In this document: positions 19,997 through 30,431 of the stretch, piece after piece
Layout: every line of letters starts with the position of its first letter
Numbering within the stretch: the stretch's first letter is position 1
NCBI GenBank assembly: GCA_963667015.2
Contig: CAXXJJ010000001.1
Location: 1,312,001 to 1,376,000 of the forward strand
Source of the DNA: Desulfatiglandales bacterium
Lineage (GTDB): Bacteria; Desulfobacterota; DSM-4660; Desulfatiglandales; HGW-15
Length of the DNA: 64,000 nt
Direction of reading: 5' to 3'
The notes under the pieces: generated by a model
What the model saw: the letters and a program-made list of their open reading frames with translations, nothing else
Told to the model about the DNA's origin: nothing
The model's database searches: none
Made by a program: the position numbers and the translations under genes

Positions 19997-20041
19997 AAGA
20001 GGTCCTCCTAAAGAATGTTGCTATTCGTCTTTGCCTGACTC

Positions 20042-21010
20042 TTAATTTGAAGATTCATTTTCCCGGGCGGCTTTAGCTGCTTCTTCCAGGGCTTTTTTCA
20101 CTTCTTTTTGTATTGCTGTTTCTTTTTCTTTTTCAGCTATTTTATCCTTACGTTTGTTTATGGCATATATTCCTGTAAGTAATACCGGCCAGAGAGATAC
20201 TACAATGGGTACAGCGCTCAGCGCTCCGTATGTCAGCTCAGGAGCAGGTGTTATGCCAAGGTCCTCTCTCATGCCTGTTTCCTTAAAAGGAACTCCTGAC
20301 AGATAAAGCCAGCTTGTTCCACCCATCTCATGTTCACCGTAAATATGGTCCTGGTACCGATCGGGATATTTCTCTATCCTTTTACGGGCAATTTTGATGA
20401 GATCATCACGCTTTCCGAACTTCAAAGCACCTGTAGGGCATGATTCAACACAGCCCGGAAGTTTATTCTCTTTTATCCTGTCATGGCACATCGTACATTT
20501 TCTGACCCTGGGAGTAAGCGGTTCATTATATTCATATGTAGGAATTTCAAAGGGACATGCAATAATACAGTACCTGCAGCCGACGCACACGGACGGATCA
20601 TATGTAACTGCACCCTCTTTGGTCTTTTTAAACGCCTTTACGAAGCATACTGATGCGCATGCTGGTTCAAGACAGTGGTTGCACTGGTTTTTTCTAAAAA
20701 TTGGAGAGCCATCGTTTTTTTTGCCGTCATACCTGTTAACAACGGTAAATGCCTCAGTTGTAGTTCTTCTTTTCTTATCCAGTACAGTAAGATCATTAAA
20801 GGGTTTTTCAGGCTTTGGCAATTCATTGACGATGTTGCAGCCTTCTTCGCAACTCCTGCACCCTATACAAAGCACTGTATCATGTAAAACGCCATAGCTT
20901 TCGGGATAACCTTTAAAATGTTTTTTTGCAGCATGGGCAGACTTACTTATTGCAGTAGAACTCCCTGCAGCGCCAATCCAACCTAGAAATTTCCTGCGTG
21001 ATATGGACAT
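20042..21010 (-). CDS. hmcB: HmcB periplasmic 4x[4Fe-4S] protein
   Basis: Tat signal SRRKFL, four Cys clusters and a C-terminal TM anchor. Confidence 0.88.
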   Translation of the reverse strand: MSISRRKFLGWIGAAGSSTAISKSAHAAKKHFKGYPESYGVLHDTVLCIGCRSCEEGCNIVNELPKPEKPFNDLTVLDKKRRTTTEAFTVVNRYDGKKNDGSPIFRKNQCNHCLEPACASVCFVKAFKKTKEGAVTYDPSVCVGCRYCIIACPFEIPTYEYNEPLTPRVRKCTMCHDRIKENKLPGCVESCPTGALKFGKRDDLIKIARKRIEKYPDRYQDHIYGEHEMGGTSWLYLSGVPFKETGMREDLGITPAPELTYGALSAVPIVVSLWPVLLTGIYAINKRKDKIAEKEKETAIQKEVKKALEEAAKAARENESSN

Positions 21011-21018
21011 AAATTACC

Positions 21019-22572
21019 TCAAAAATCGTTTAGTTTGTTTAGGCCGATAACCTTGTGACAATCAGTGCAACTGGTTGATTCCGGCTTTTCAATACCCATT
21101 CTATCATGACAGCCCATACATTGTTGATGGTAAGCCACTTTCAGATCTGGTTTTAACAGTTCCGAATCAATTGATGACTTGCTGTGGCAAGCGGCACATT
21201 TGGGCGGAGTTATGCTGGCCGGGCTGTTGTGGTGGCAGCCGATGCAGAGAGTCTCTTTCCCGTTATGAAAGAAACCGGCCAGATTATTGTCTTTTATATT
21301 GAGCATAAGAGAATCAACATGTTTCCGGTGACGGAACTCAACTGCTCCATACTGGAAAGATAATCCATCAATGGTTACTGCTTCAGGAATTTCTTTATTT
21401 TCAATTGCATCTGAATCAGTTTTTTCGGCTTTAAGAAGCATTGCCGCGATTGATTCCGGTTTCCGGTTTTCTGTTATACCGGTTTCAGGCATATCCATGT
21501 GGCATTTCAGGCAGGTATCATATAAATTGTTTCCCTTTGTCATTTGTCCGTGACAACCGGCACATTCTTTCTGGTTTTTGTTGATTTCATGGCAGCCAAT
21601 ACAGCTTTGTTTGCTGTCAACCTGATGCATCGCCCGCTCAGCGGTGATCATATTTCCCTGTTTTGAGCCCTCTATAGTATGACATGATTTAGAGCAGGAA
21701 TCGATGGCAGCATGGTGACAGATACGGCATGTATCCTGGGATTCCTCATGTGTCTTGTGATTGAATGGTACGGGGTTCATTCTATAGGAGAGGTTGCCCG
21801 TATTTTTATCCCGGGTTTTAGTGCCTATGAGCGCAAAGTCAGGCTGTCCTCCTGTCAGTCTGGGAACGTCTTCAAATCTGTCAATTTTCTGTTGTTCATC
21901 AATATCGTGGCATGCTCTGCATTTAACCGGGCCGGATAATTCTCTATGGCAGCCGATACAGGAAAGATGAGATGCTGCCTTTATGGAAACAGTATTTTCA
22001 GTATCTTCATTCTTGTGGCAATAGCTGCATGATCCTTCTTTTTGATCATCATGGTGACAACCGCTGCAGTTCTCGTCATTCATTTCTATGTGCTGGAAGT
22101 GCAGCGATTTATCAAAAGCTAATGGCTGCCATGAAGAAACGACCTCAGGTTCTTTATGGCATTCACCACATAATTCAATAGGGCCTGTTTTCTTACCTGT
22201 ATCGGACATTTCTTTATGACAGGTAATGCAGTTGTTATGATAGATATCCATTACCTCCTGCTTGTTTGTATCATCGATTCTTTTGAATTTAAGGGAAAAA
22301 TTTTCGCTGCCTCGGGTCTCGTCGATTAAATGGCAGGTTTCACAACCCTTATTTTCTTTTTCGAGTGCGCCTGTATGGGCATCATGGGAGAATGGAACTT
22401 CTTTTCTTTCAAGGGCACCAAAGGATTTCAATGTGTTGATATTGATGATATCAGCCCTTTTTTCTCCATTTGCATCATTCTTCGTTACATTTGCTTCAAT
22501 TGATAGGGCGAAGCTGAATACGGCAAAGGCCATAATGGCAATTAATTGATACAAATACCTTCGTTTTTTCAT
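21019..22572 (-). CDS. hmcA: High-molecular-weight cytochrome c (16 heme motifs)
   Basis: Signal peptide; 15 CxxCH motifs plus one CxxxCH (CSKSCH). Confidence 0.88.
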   Translation of the reverse strand: MKKRRYLYQLIAIMAFAVFSFALSIEANVTKNDANGEKRADIININTLKSFGALERKEVPFSHDAHTGALEKENKGCETCHLIDETRGSENFSLKFKRIDDTNKQEVMDIYHNNCITCHKEMSDTGKKTGPIELCGECHKEPEVVSSWQPLAFDKSLHFQHIEMNDENCSGCHHDDQKEGSCSYCHKNEDTENTVSIKAASHLSCIGCHRELSGPVKCRACHDIDEQQKIDRFEDVPRLTGGQPDFALIGTKTRDKNTGNLSYRMNPVPFNHKTHEESQDTCRICHHAAIDSCSKSCHTIEGSKQGNMITAERAMHQVDSKQSCIGCHEINKNQKECAGCHGQMTKGNNLYDTCLKCHMDMPETGITENRKPESIAAMLLKAEKTDSDAIENKEIPEAVTIDGLSFQYGAVEFRHRKHVDSLMLNIKDNNLAGFFHNGKETLCIGCHHNSPASITPPKCAACHSKSSIDSELLKPDLKVAYHQQCMGCHDRMGIEKPESTSCTDCHKVIGLNKLNDF

Positions 22573-23052
22573 TTTTCAGTCCTTGATTAGTAAATAAACT
22601 ACCTTGCGATGTGCTTAAAATAACAGACCCTCTGGGCCTGGATTTTTTAAGTCGAAAAACAGGTCCACCAATAAAACCGAATTATTTAGGTCTAAACAAT
22701 ACTTAATTTGGCAAACACCTACTAATTTAGTGGGGAATGACTATAAAAATATAAAACTGAATTCACAAGAGAAAAATTAAAAAAATGGGTATCCTTCTGA
22801 TATAGAGGCTTAGATATTTGATTTTGCTGGTTTACTATGATTAAGAAATTTCATGCCGGAATGACATACTTCTAATTTGCAGTGAAGTATAAATACATAC
22901 TGTTACAGTGGCAATGATTGATTCGGGATTATTTATATTTCAACCTGAACCTCCCACCGGGCTAATGACAGGATTAAAATATAGATTATATCCAGAAATG
23001 GAATGGGCGCTTAATTTAAATATCTTAAAGCGCCCGTTTTATGCGGATCAGG

Positions 23053-23253
23053 TTAAATCGTTTTTACATTTTTTGCAGACGGACCTTTGGGGCCATCTTC
23101 GATTTCAAAGGTTACCTGGTCGCCCTCAGTAAGGCTTTTAAATCCGTCAGCAAGTATCCCTGAATGATGAACAAAAACATCGGGACCATTATCCTGCTCG
23201 ATAAAACCAAAACCTTTACGATCGTTAAACCACTTTACTGTGCCATTAGCCAT
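23053..23253 (-). CDS. csp: Cold-shock protein, 66 aa
   Basis: [16 protein letters not shown] and VFVH motifs. A GGAGGA RBS supports the start at 23253. Confidence 0.95.
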   Translation of the reverse strand: MANGTVKWFNDRKGFGFIEQDNGPDVFVHHSGILADGFKSLTEGDQVTFEIEDGPKGPSAKNVKTI

Positions 23254-23848
23254 GGTGACATCCTCCTTCCAAATTAGTTTACAAGTTTCAATACACAAAG
23301 GATGCCACTTTAAAAGTTGTTTCCTTTTGAAAGAAACAGGCCTGAAATTGATCAGGCAACATTAACAAAAAAACATAGCTTATAATAAACCATATTTCAA
23401 GATAAATTTATTTATATAATGAACAAAAATAAGATAAAATAAAAATATTAAATAAAATAGATTGAAAATTAAGTATAAAAAATAATAGCTTGACCTATAA
23501 AAATTAAAAAGTTAAAGTTAGGCATATCATTAAAAAAAATCTATATTAATGTATATATTGGTAGTTTAAAATTTATTTAATACGATTAAAAATCGTATTG
23601 TTTATTGTTAGGCAGTCTGCAAGTTTCAGGAGTTGGAACTAAAGAGATAATATTAAAGTGCAGCCAGACCCATGCCAGCCCATTTTTACCAGTACCCTAC
23701 TCTTTAAAAATGGCTCCATTTCTTTCGGATGAACTTCACATTATCTTAAAAACCGCATTTCTTAAAATGATGACAGTTTTTTTAACAGCAGAGTTTTCCA
23801 TTTTTGCTATTTACGTTAACAACAAACAGATATCAGGGGGATAATCAA

Positions 23849-24166
23849 ATGAATATTTATGTGGGAAATTTGTCTTATGAGGTTACGGAAGAAGACCTGA
23901 ACAGTGCCTTTGCAGCTTTTGGAGAAGTTGTTTCAGCCAAGGTAATAAAAGACCAGTACAGCGGCAGGTCCAAGGGCTTCGGTTTTGTTGAAATGTCAAA
24001 TAATTCTGAGGCTGAAGCAGCGATCAACGGGCTCAATGGTTCGGAGATAAAGGGGCGTGCTGTAAAGGTAAACCAGGCCAGTCCGAGACGTGAGGGACGA
24101 AGCGGCGGTGGCGGCGGTGGTGGTCGTGGACGACAGGGTAATTTCAACAGCAGAAAACGTTATTAA
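23849..24166 (+). CDS. RRM RNA-binding protein with Gly-rich tail
   Basis: IYVGNL (RNP2) and KGFGFVEM (RNP1). Start moved to ATG 23849. Confidence 0.93.
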   Translation: MNIYVGNLSYEVTEEDLNSAFAAFGEVVSAKVIKDQYSGRSKGFGFVEMSNNSEAEAAINGLNGSEIKGRAVKVNQASPRREGRSGGGGGGGRGRQGNFNSRKRY

Positions 24167-24224
24167 AGATACATATAGTCCTCAGGCTGAACCGAATGAG
24201 CCCGGAAAAGATGCATATAACTCA

Positions 24225-24839
24225 ATGTTTAAAAGTAGAAAAAAAGATTTTATCCATAACGGTATAAAAGTGCTTCGTTCCAACCATAAGGCTATCCGTC
24301 GACTGAAACATATTCATAAACCGTCTCTGCATGGTTTCAGGGTATGGCCGTCGAGCTGGCTATTACTGGATTATTTTAAGAGAAGCGGATTTATTCATAA
24401 TTCACATATTCTCGATATCGGCTGCGGATGGGGGATTGCAGGTATATATTGTGTTAAAAATTTTAATTCTGTTGTAACCTGCGTGGACAGTGATTCTGCT
24501 GTTTTTCCCTATGTGCATTTGCATGCTGAGATTAATGATGTTTCAGTTAATACCCTTGAAGCGGACTTTGACGATTTGCCTGCAAAATATTTCAAAAATA
24601 TAGATACCATGATCGGAGCAGATATATGTTTCTGGGACAATCTGGTGGAAACCCTGATAAAAATGATCCTGAGGGCACTTGAATATGGTGTCAGGAATAT
24701 AATATTTGCTGATCCGGGAAGGCCTACCTTTGAAAAACTTGGAAAATACTTTCAGAGCAAAGGTCTGGGAGAGATCATAAACTGGGATGTCAACCGCCCG
24801 TACTCCATTCAGGGGCGTATTCTCAGAGTGGGCATATAA
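24225..24839 (+). CDS. Class I SAM-dependent methyltransferase
   Basis: GFRVWPSS, LDIGCGWG and IGADI motifs. Start uncertain. Confidence 0.8.
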   Translation: MFKSRKKDFIHNGIKVLRSNHKAIRRLKHIHKPSLHGFRVWPSSWLLLDYFKRSGFIHNSHILDIGCGWGIAGIYCVKNFNSVVTCVDSDSAVFPYVHLHAEINDVSVNTLEADFDDLPAKYFKNIDTMIGADICFWDNLVETLIKMILRALEYGVRNIIFADPGRPTFEKLGKYFQSKGLGEIINWDVNRPYSIQGRILRVGI

Positions 24840-24853
24840 TTCGGGATAAAAAG

Positions 24854-25351
24854 ATGGAAGCGAAAAAAGCCAGTGAATCTTTTGTAACCAAAACCACACT
24901 TATTCTGCCTCCTGATACCAATAACCACGGTACTATATTCGGCGGAAAAACCATGTCTCATATTGATGAAGTTGCAGCACTGTCAGCAATGAGGCATGCG
25001 CGCATGAGTGTTGTAACTGCCTCAACAGACTCTGTAGATTTTCTGCATCCAATAAAGAGCGGGCAGGCAATCTGCGTGGAGGCCTTTGTTACATGGACAA
25101 GGCATACGTCCATGGAGGTATTTGTAAAAGTGCTGGGGGAAAATCTTTTTACAGGTGAGCGGATTACATGCACCACTGCCTTTTTGACCTTTGTTGCCAT
25201 AGGGAGTGACGGTAAACCTCACACTGTTCCTCCGGTCATTCCTGAAAGCGATATTGAAAAAAGTCTCTTTGACTCTGCCCCTGAACGGGCAAGACTCAGG
25301 CGGGAAAGAAGAGAACATTCAAAAATATTTGCCGAGGAATTCGGTATTTAA
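24854..25351 (+). CDS. Acyl-CoA thioesterase (hotdog fold, YciA-like)
   Basis: PPDTNNHGTIFGG, VVTAS and TSMEV motifs. Confidence 0.9.
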   Translation: MEAKKASESFVTKTTLILPPDTNNHGTIFGGKTMSHIDEVAALSAMRHARMSVVTASTDSVDFLHPIKSGQAICVEAFVTWTRHTSMEVFVKVLGENLFTGERITCTTAFLTFVAIGSDGKPHTVPPVIPESDIEKSLFDSAPERARLRRERREHSKIFAEEFGI

Positions 25352-25465
25352 TACACTGTAGAATTAATTCTCTCTTTAATCATACTGTAGTTGTAAAAAA
25401 CTATATGACCGAAGCTTCAATTAAGTTGATATTTCAAAATATTTAAAGTAAGAAATTTTAAAAAT

Positions 25466-25505
25466 AAAAAAGAGCAAACCCAAAAGACTTACTGGATTTG
25501 CTCTT
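25466..25505 (-). terminator. Intrinsic terminator after tRNA-Pro
   Basis: On the minus strand AAGAGCAAATCCA pairs with TGGGTTTGCTCTT and is followed by a T-run. Confidence 0.65.
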
Positions 25506-25560
25506 CCATGTTTGTTTGTGGCTTATTTTGCTAAAACTTTGGCAAATAATTGCAAAATAA

Positions 25561-25637
25561 TGGTCGGGACGAGAGGATTTGAACCTCCGGCCCCCTGAAC
25601 CCCATTCAGGTGCGCTACCAGACTGCGCCACGTCCCG
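25561..25637 (-). tRNA. tRNA-Pro (GGG)
   Basis: 77 nt: CGGGACG...CCTGAATGGGGTTCAGG...GTTCAAA...CGTCCCGACCA. Confidence 0.97.
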
Positions 25638-25804
25638 GTCGACTGCAACAATTAATCAAAAATCATAAAACTGTCAACTATAATAATTTTGATTATGAAA
25701 AAAAATTCCCTGTTTGCACATTTTTATGTGCGCAGATGCAATAAAAAATGTGCACATCTGGTTGGCATTTATTAAAAAAGCTTTAATAACAAAGTGTTAT
25801 GTCT

Positions 25805-25820
25805 TGGCATATTGGTTGCA
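25805..25820 (+). promoter_or_regulatory. sigma54 promoter upstream of the cyclase
   Basis: TGGCATATTGGTTGCA (GG-N10-GC), with TGCA-rich palindromes at 25715-25754. Confidence 0.7.
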
Positions 25821-25860
25821 AACTATAATATCTTACATCTTTCTTCGGCAGGCAATAAAT

Positions 25861-27702
25861 ATGAGCAGAACAGACTGCATAAGCAACAGAAATATAAGTA
25901 TTGTATCTTCCTATCTCCTGAAAAAAAGAGGGACTTATTCATCACTGTTTCATGATCTTCCGTTTCCGTCTGACAGGTATGAATCAGCAGAAGCCTTTTT
26001 TTTAAATGAAGATGAGTGGACAACCTATGACAATTTTCATGAAATATTGAGACGGGCAAAAGAATTCTCAGAAGAACCATATTTTTATTTCAATTGCGGT
26101 TCTTCTTCTGCAATGCTCAGATCCTGGGGCCGGTTCGGTTATCTTGTCAGGTTTTTTGCCGGACCGGACGACGGTTTTAAAAGGCTTTCCTTTTTTAACA
26201 GTAATATCAATGATACAAAAGATATTGAGGTAGTCAAACCGCCATCCTATGACAGGACCCTGAAAAGAGTAAGAGTAATATTCAAGGTCACATACCATGA
26301 TGATATTGATGTCAATAATGATTATATCGTGGATGCATACAGGCGGGGAATTATATCCTCCATCCCGACACTGTGGGGCCTTTCGTCAGCAAAAATAATA
26401 CAGCCGCTGAATGCCTATGATCCGGTAATCCTCCTGAACAATGAGCCTGAATTTGCCGATTTTAACTTTGAGGCGAAGATGGAAAAAGAGTACCTGGTAA
26501 TAACTGATCCCATTGAAAAAGTGAGAAGACAGGTAGGGAAAAGTATCAGCCTGATACCGGACAGAGTTAATGATAAGGAAGTGTTTCTGGGAAGATACTC
26601 TGAGCAGAATACTGGCAGTGAAAATGCAATGAGGCCGGATGCCATTCTTATTACAGAAACAGTCCATGCTGATGACCGCATTATACTGAGAAAAGGCGAA
26701 ATCTATCGTGCTCCATATTTTATTCTTGATGTTACATACAACAGGTTTTCATGGTTAAAACGTTGTATGAAGGTACTTAAAGGAAAAACAAATTCATCGG
26801 ATTCCGAGATGCATCTTGTAGATACCATAAACAACCTGCGCATCAATATAAAGGCAAGGAATAAGGCCTATGAAAGCCTAAAGACTGTAAATGAAGAGCT
26901 GGCGAATGCAAAGGCCATACTTGAGAATTACAATGAAACGCTTGAACAGAAGGTTGACGAGCGTACAATAGAGTTGAAAAAGGCACGTGAAGAACTTCTT
27001 CTCCTTAATGAAGGGCTTGAGGAAAAGGTGAATAGGCAGATAGATGAACTGAATAAATACAACAATCTCAGGCGTTACCTTTCACCCAAGGTGGCTGAAA
27101 AAATATTGTCGAATGGAAATTCCCAGTGGGCCGTACCAAGAAGAAAAATGATGACAGTCATGTTTACTGACATCAGAAATTTTTCCACATTTACCGATAA
27201 TCTTGAACCCGAAGAATTATTTAACCTTCTCCATAGTTATATCTCCGAGATGACAAAGATCGTTTACAAATACGAGGGTACACTCAACAAGATAATAGGT
27301 GACGGGCTTCTGATTTTTCTGGGTGATCCCGTCCCTATGGATGATCATGCCCAGAGGGCCGTAATGATGGGCATTGAGATGCAGAAGAAGACAGAAGAAT
27401 TAAAAGCGGACTGGAGATATTACGGGTATGAATTCGGGATGGGCATAGGTATTAACACCGGGTATATGACGGTCGGGAATATCGGTTCTGAAATGCAGCT
27501 TGACTATACTGTTATAGGAAATCAGGTTAATGTTGCTTCACGCCTTGAATCAAACGCAAAGGCAGGCCAGATACTTATAAGTCAGAGAACATACAGCAGT
27601 GTATCTGATATGGTTGAGGCCGATAAGATTGGAGAAATTTCAGTTAAGGGAATACATAATCCGGTTCTAACTTACAATGTCAGGTGTTTAAAGACTTCCT
27701 GA
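25861..27702 (+). CDS. Class III adenylate/guanylate cyclase with an unrecognised N-terminal region and a coiled coil
   Basis: MFTDIRNFS, KIIGDG and DYTVIGNQVNVASRLE motifs. Start set downstream of the sigma54 site. Confidence 0.88.
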   Translation: MSRTDCISNRNISIVSSYLLKKRGTYSSLFHDLPFPSDRYESAEAFFLNEDEWTTYDNFHEILRRAKEFSEEPYFYFNCGSSSAMLRSWGRFGYLVRFFAGPDDGFKRLSFFNSNINDTKDIEVVKPPSYDRTLKRVRVIFKVTYHDDIDVNNDYIVDAYRRGIISSIPTLWGLSSAKIIQPLNAYDPVILLNNEPEFADFNFEAKMEKEYLVITDPIEKVRRQVGKSISLIPDRVNDKEVFLGRYSEQNTGSENAMRPDAILITETVHADDRIILRKGEIYRAPYFILDVTYNRFSWLKRCMKVLKGKTNSSDSEMHLVDTINNLRINIKARNKAYESLKTVNEELANAKAILENYNETLEQKVDERTIELKKAREELLLLNEGLEEKVNRQIDELNKYNNLRRYLSPKVAEKILSNGNSQWAVPRRKMMTVMFTDIRNFSTFTDNLEPEELFNLLHSYISEMTKIVYKYEGTLNKIIGDGLLIFLGDPVPMDDHAQRAVMMGIEMQKKTEELKADWRYYGYEFGMGIGINTGYMTVGNIGSEMQLDYTVIGNQVNVASRLESNAKAGQILISQRTYSSVSDMVEADKIGEISVKGIHNPVLTYNVRCLKTS

Positions 27703-27836
27703 TTTTTATTCTGCAGTCTGTCTTTTGGAATTCCATTTTATGTCTTAGGAATTTTAACAGTCTTTTCTGATATTTACCTTGCATTTGCCTGACAAATATA
27801 GAAAAATAAGCTCTGTTAAGTAAGAAATCCATCGAT

Positions 27837-29306
27837 ATGAAGCCGAAGGAGCCAGGATATACTGTGGGCCATGATATTATTTTTGATGTGGTAGGTAATA
27901 CAAGCGCCTTCTCGATGATGGGAGAAAGCAGCGGCTATATGATAACTGTAAACGGGCATGTATACATGCTCGAATGCGGATCGCCTGTTTTTCCCTATCT
28001 TGGATATAAAGGCATTTCCGATCTTAGAGGTATCTTCGCAACCCATTCTCATGAGGACCACAAAAGATGGTTCACTGATATTGTCCTGTTTACCTATTAT
28101 AACCCCCTGTCAAAAAACAGGCTTAGATTAATATCATATGAGCCGGTTCTTGAGGAATATTACAAGAACTCCAAGGGAGCTCTTGAAAGATCCCTTTCCG
28201 ATGACTCAAAAAGAATAATTGATATCCCCTATGACTCGATGGTTGAAGAGTGTATTATCGGGCCAAGGGCCAGGTATGCCATAAGACTGAAAGACAGTAA
28301 GGACGGGACACTTCGTTACGGTGTTGAGGATCGCGAGGGAAATGCCATAGGGCCGGAACGGGCAAAGATTTTTATTAATGAAAAGGCCAATCGTCCGAGG
28401 CTCCTTTTCAAGGATGAAGAATCAGGTGAGTGGGTGGAACCTGCGAGCTATTATCCATTCAGTGCTGCCTCATTTTATGAAGAGGCAAGGAATGATTTCT
28501 ATGATGACGAAGCCGGGTTAACTGTGAGGGCGGTTAAATCATCGGTCTGGCACGGGCTTCCCTCCGTAGCATTCAAATTTATGACAGAGGACAGCAGTCT
28601 GTTTTACAGCGCTGATACTGTATGGAAACCCTCACTCTGGAAAGAACTGTATGAAACCCATCGTCCCCAGTACTTTGAAAACATCAGCCGGGATAAATTT
28701 GAAGAGTCTTCCGTTATTTATGGTGATATAAACCACTTTATTGAACGAACCTGGAGCAGAGAAAGATATGAAAGGGCCATGGCGGCCTATGAGGATTCGT
28801 CTATAATAATACATGATGTAGCACAGAAAGACAGTATTGTGCATACAGATTATTCCGATATTTCAAATACTGCATTCGATAACATGATTTATACACATAA
28901 TCCCGACAATCTTACATCCACCAGGCCAATTCTGAGTTCAGGTAAAAAACTTGTAATCAGAAACAGCAAGGTCTTTGAATCTGTAAGAGGAGAGCTGTTT
29001 CCCCTGGATGCGGATATCTATATTCGTCACTGGGCAAAAAATCTTATAGGATATAAATCCAAGGACGGACCATTTAAGGTGATAGAAAAAGACGGTCTGC
29101 TGGGGATTGTTGAAAAAGACAGTACTGAAAAAGGGATAATGAATGTTGATCTTTATGAAGAAATTAACGGTGAATATTTTCCTCTCCTTACCGAAGCAGA
29201 CGAATTTTATTCACAAAGGCCCGACGGCCAGATAGAAAAGATCAAAATTACAAAAGATAAGACCTTTGGGCAGGTTGTAGAAGGCCTCAGGGGAAAAATC
29301 AGCTAA
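27837..29306 (+). CDS. Metallo-beta-lactamase-fold hydrolase
   Basis: LECG, THSHEDH, WHG, SADT and IIHD motifs. Confidence 0.7.
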   Translation: MKPKEPGYTVGHDIIFDVVGNTSAFSMMGESSGYMITVNGHVYMLECGSPVFPYLGYKGISDLRGIFATHSHEDHKRWFTDIVLFTYYNPLSKNRLRLISYEPVLEEYYKNSKGALERSLSDDSKRIIDIPYDSMVEECIIGPRARYAIRLKDSKDGTLRYGVEDREGNAIGPERAKIFINEKANRPRLLFKDEESGEWVEPASYYPFSAASFYEEARNDFYDDEAGLTVRAVKSSVWHGLPSVAFKFMTEDSSLFYSADTVWKPSLWKELYETHRPQYFENISRDKFEESSVIYGDINHFIERTWSRERYERAMAAYEDSSIIIHDVAQKDSIVHTDYSDISNTAFDNMIYTHNPDNLTSTRPILSSGKKLVIRNSKVFESVRGELFPLDADIYIRHWAKNLIGYKSKDGPFKVIEKDGLLGIVEKDSTEKGIMNVDLYEEINGEYFPLLTEADEFYSQRPDGQIEKIKITKDKTFGQVVEGLRGKIS

Positions 29307-30093
29307 TCCTGTATAGCTCAGGCCTTCTGTCCATAAAACGATCATTCAGGGATGTGATGGATTTATCCCTGGCCTTTTCAATATCAATGTCAACTGCTGC
29401 GATTCCTTCTTTGCTGCTGTCCAGTGAAAGGATAACCTGTCCGTTTGGGTCAACAACCTGGCTCTTTCCTGTGAATTTCAACTCTTCTTTGCCTCCCCTT
29501 GACTCCGCACCGATCCGGTTTGATGTCATGGAATAAACCGCATTTTCAAGTGATCTTGTTTGCATTGCCTTGTGGCAGCCTGTGAGTACAAGGTTTGCAG
29601 GATGACATATGATGTCGGCACCCTTAAGGGCCAGGGTCCTCGCCGCCTCGGGGAACCACCAGTCATAGCATATCATCAGGCCAAGCCTGGCTATGCCAAT
29701 GTCGAACACATTAAATCCGGTATCTCCAGGGCTGAAGAATAATTTCTCCTCATAAAAAAGATGGCTTTTCCTGTATTTCCCGATAAAGCCGTCAGGTCCG
29801 ATCAGTGCTGCCGAATTGAAAAGTCGATCCCCCTGCTTTTCTGCAATACCGAAAGCCAGATATACATTTTTTGAATGTGCATATTTTATAAGCGTGTCGC
29901 AGGATGGGCCTGACGGGATTTCTTCCGCAAGTCCATTGACCTCTTCAATTGATGTAAACTGGTAGCCTGTTGTAAACAACTCCGGAAGTACAATGAGATC
30001 TGCCTTGATAGTGTCTATTTGACTGACAGCCTGTTCAAGATTTTTTTTAACCTCACCAAACTCCGGATTATTCTGATAAATTCCTATTTGCAT
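29299..30093 (-). CDS. Carbon-nitrogen hydrolase (nitrilase superfamily)
   Basis: LPE, YRKSHL and ICYDWWFPE catalytic triad motifs. Confidence 0.92.
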   Translation of the reverse strand: MQIGIYQNNPEFGEVKKNLEQAVSQIDTIKADLIVLPELFTTGYQFTSIEEVNGLAEEIPSGPSCDTLIKYAHSKNVYLAFGIAEKQGDRLFNSAALIGPDGFIGKYRKSHLFYEEKLFFSPGDTGFNVFDIGIARLGLMICYDWWFPEAARTLALKGADIICHPANLVLTGCHKAMQTRSLENAVYSMTSNRIGAESRGGKEELKFTGKSQVVDPNGQVILSLDSSKEGIAAVDIDIEKARDKSITSLNDRFMDRRPELYRIS

Positions 30094-30431
30094 GGTCCTC
30101 TTTTTTCCATCATTGGAGTCAAATATTTTATAGATACAGTTTTTTCTTTCATATTCCGGGACAATCCAATTCCTGCTAATTCAGGATAATTATCTTGAGA
30201 AAAATTTATTAATAGTCTAAAAGTTTTGTCACACGAAGTATTTTTTCATTATATTTTCCGCTTTTTCATTGTCAAGAAATGATAGTTTATTAAAAATTGC
30301 ATCCATTTTGTTCAAAGTATCTGATTACATCTTTAAACTGTGATCAGAAAACACCGGGCAAAGTATGAAATATGAAAGTAGTTGCAGAGTAAAATTAAAA
30401 CATTTCACACTTTTGGGGGAGATTATTTAAT

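Noticed and set aside
22705..22745. GGCAAAC-initiated hairpin resembling a c-di-GMP-I riboswitch
   Set aside because: It lacks the GAAA tetraloop and GACGCAAAG elements and is on the wrong strand for hmcA.
18274..25637. tRNA-anchored integrative island
   Set aside because: No integrase or duplicated tRNA 3' end was seen, and the flanking genes look like core genes.
25714..25860. Long N-terminal extension of the cyclase ORF
   Set aside because: It overlaps a sigma54 promoter and palindromes; ATG 25861 is the more plausible start.
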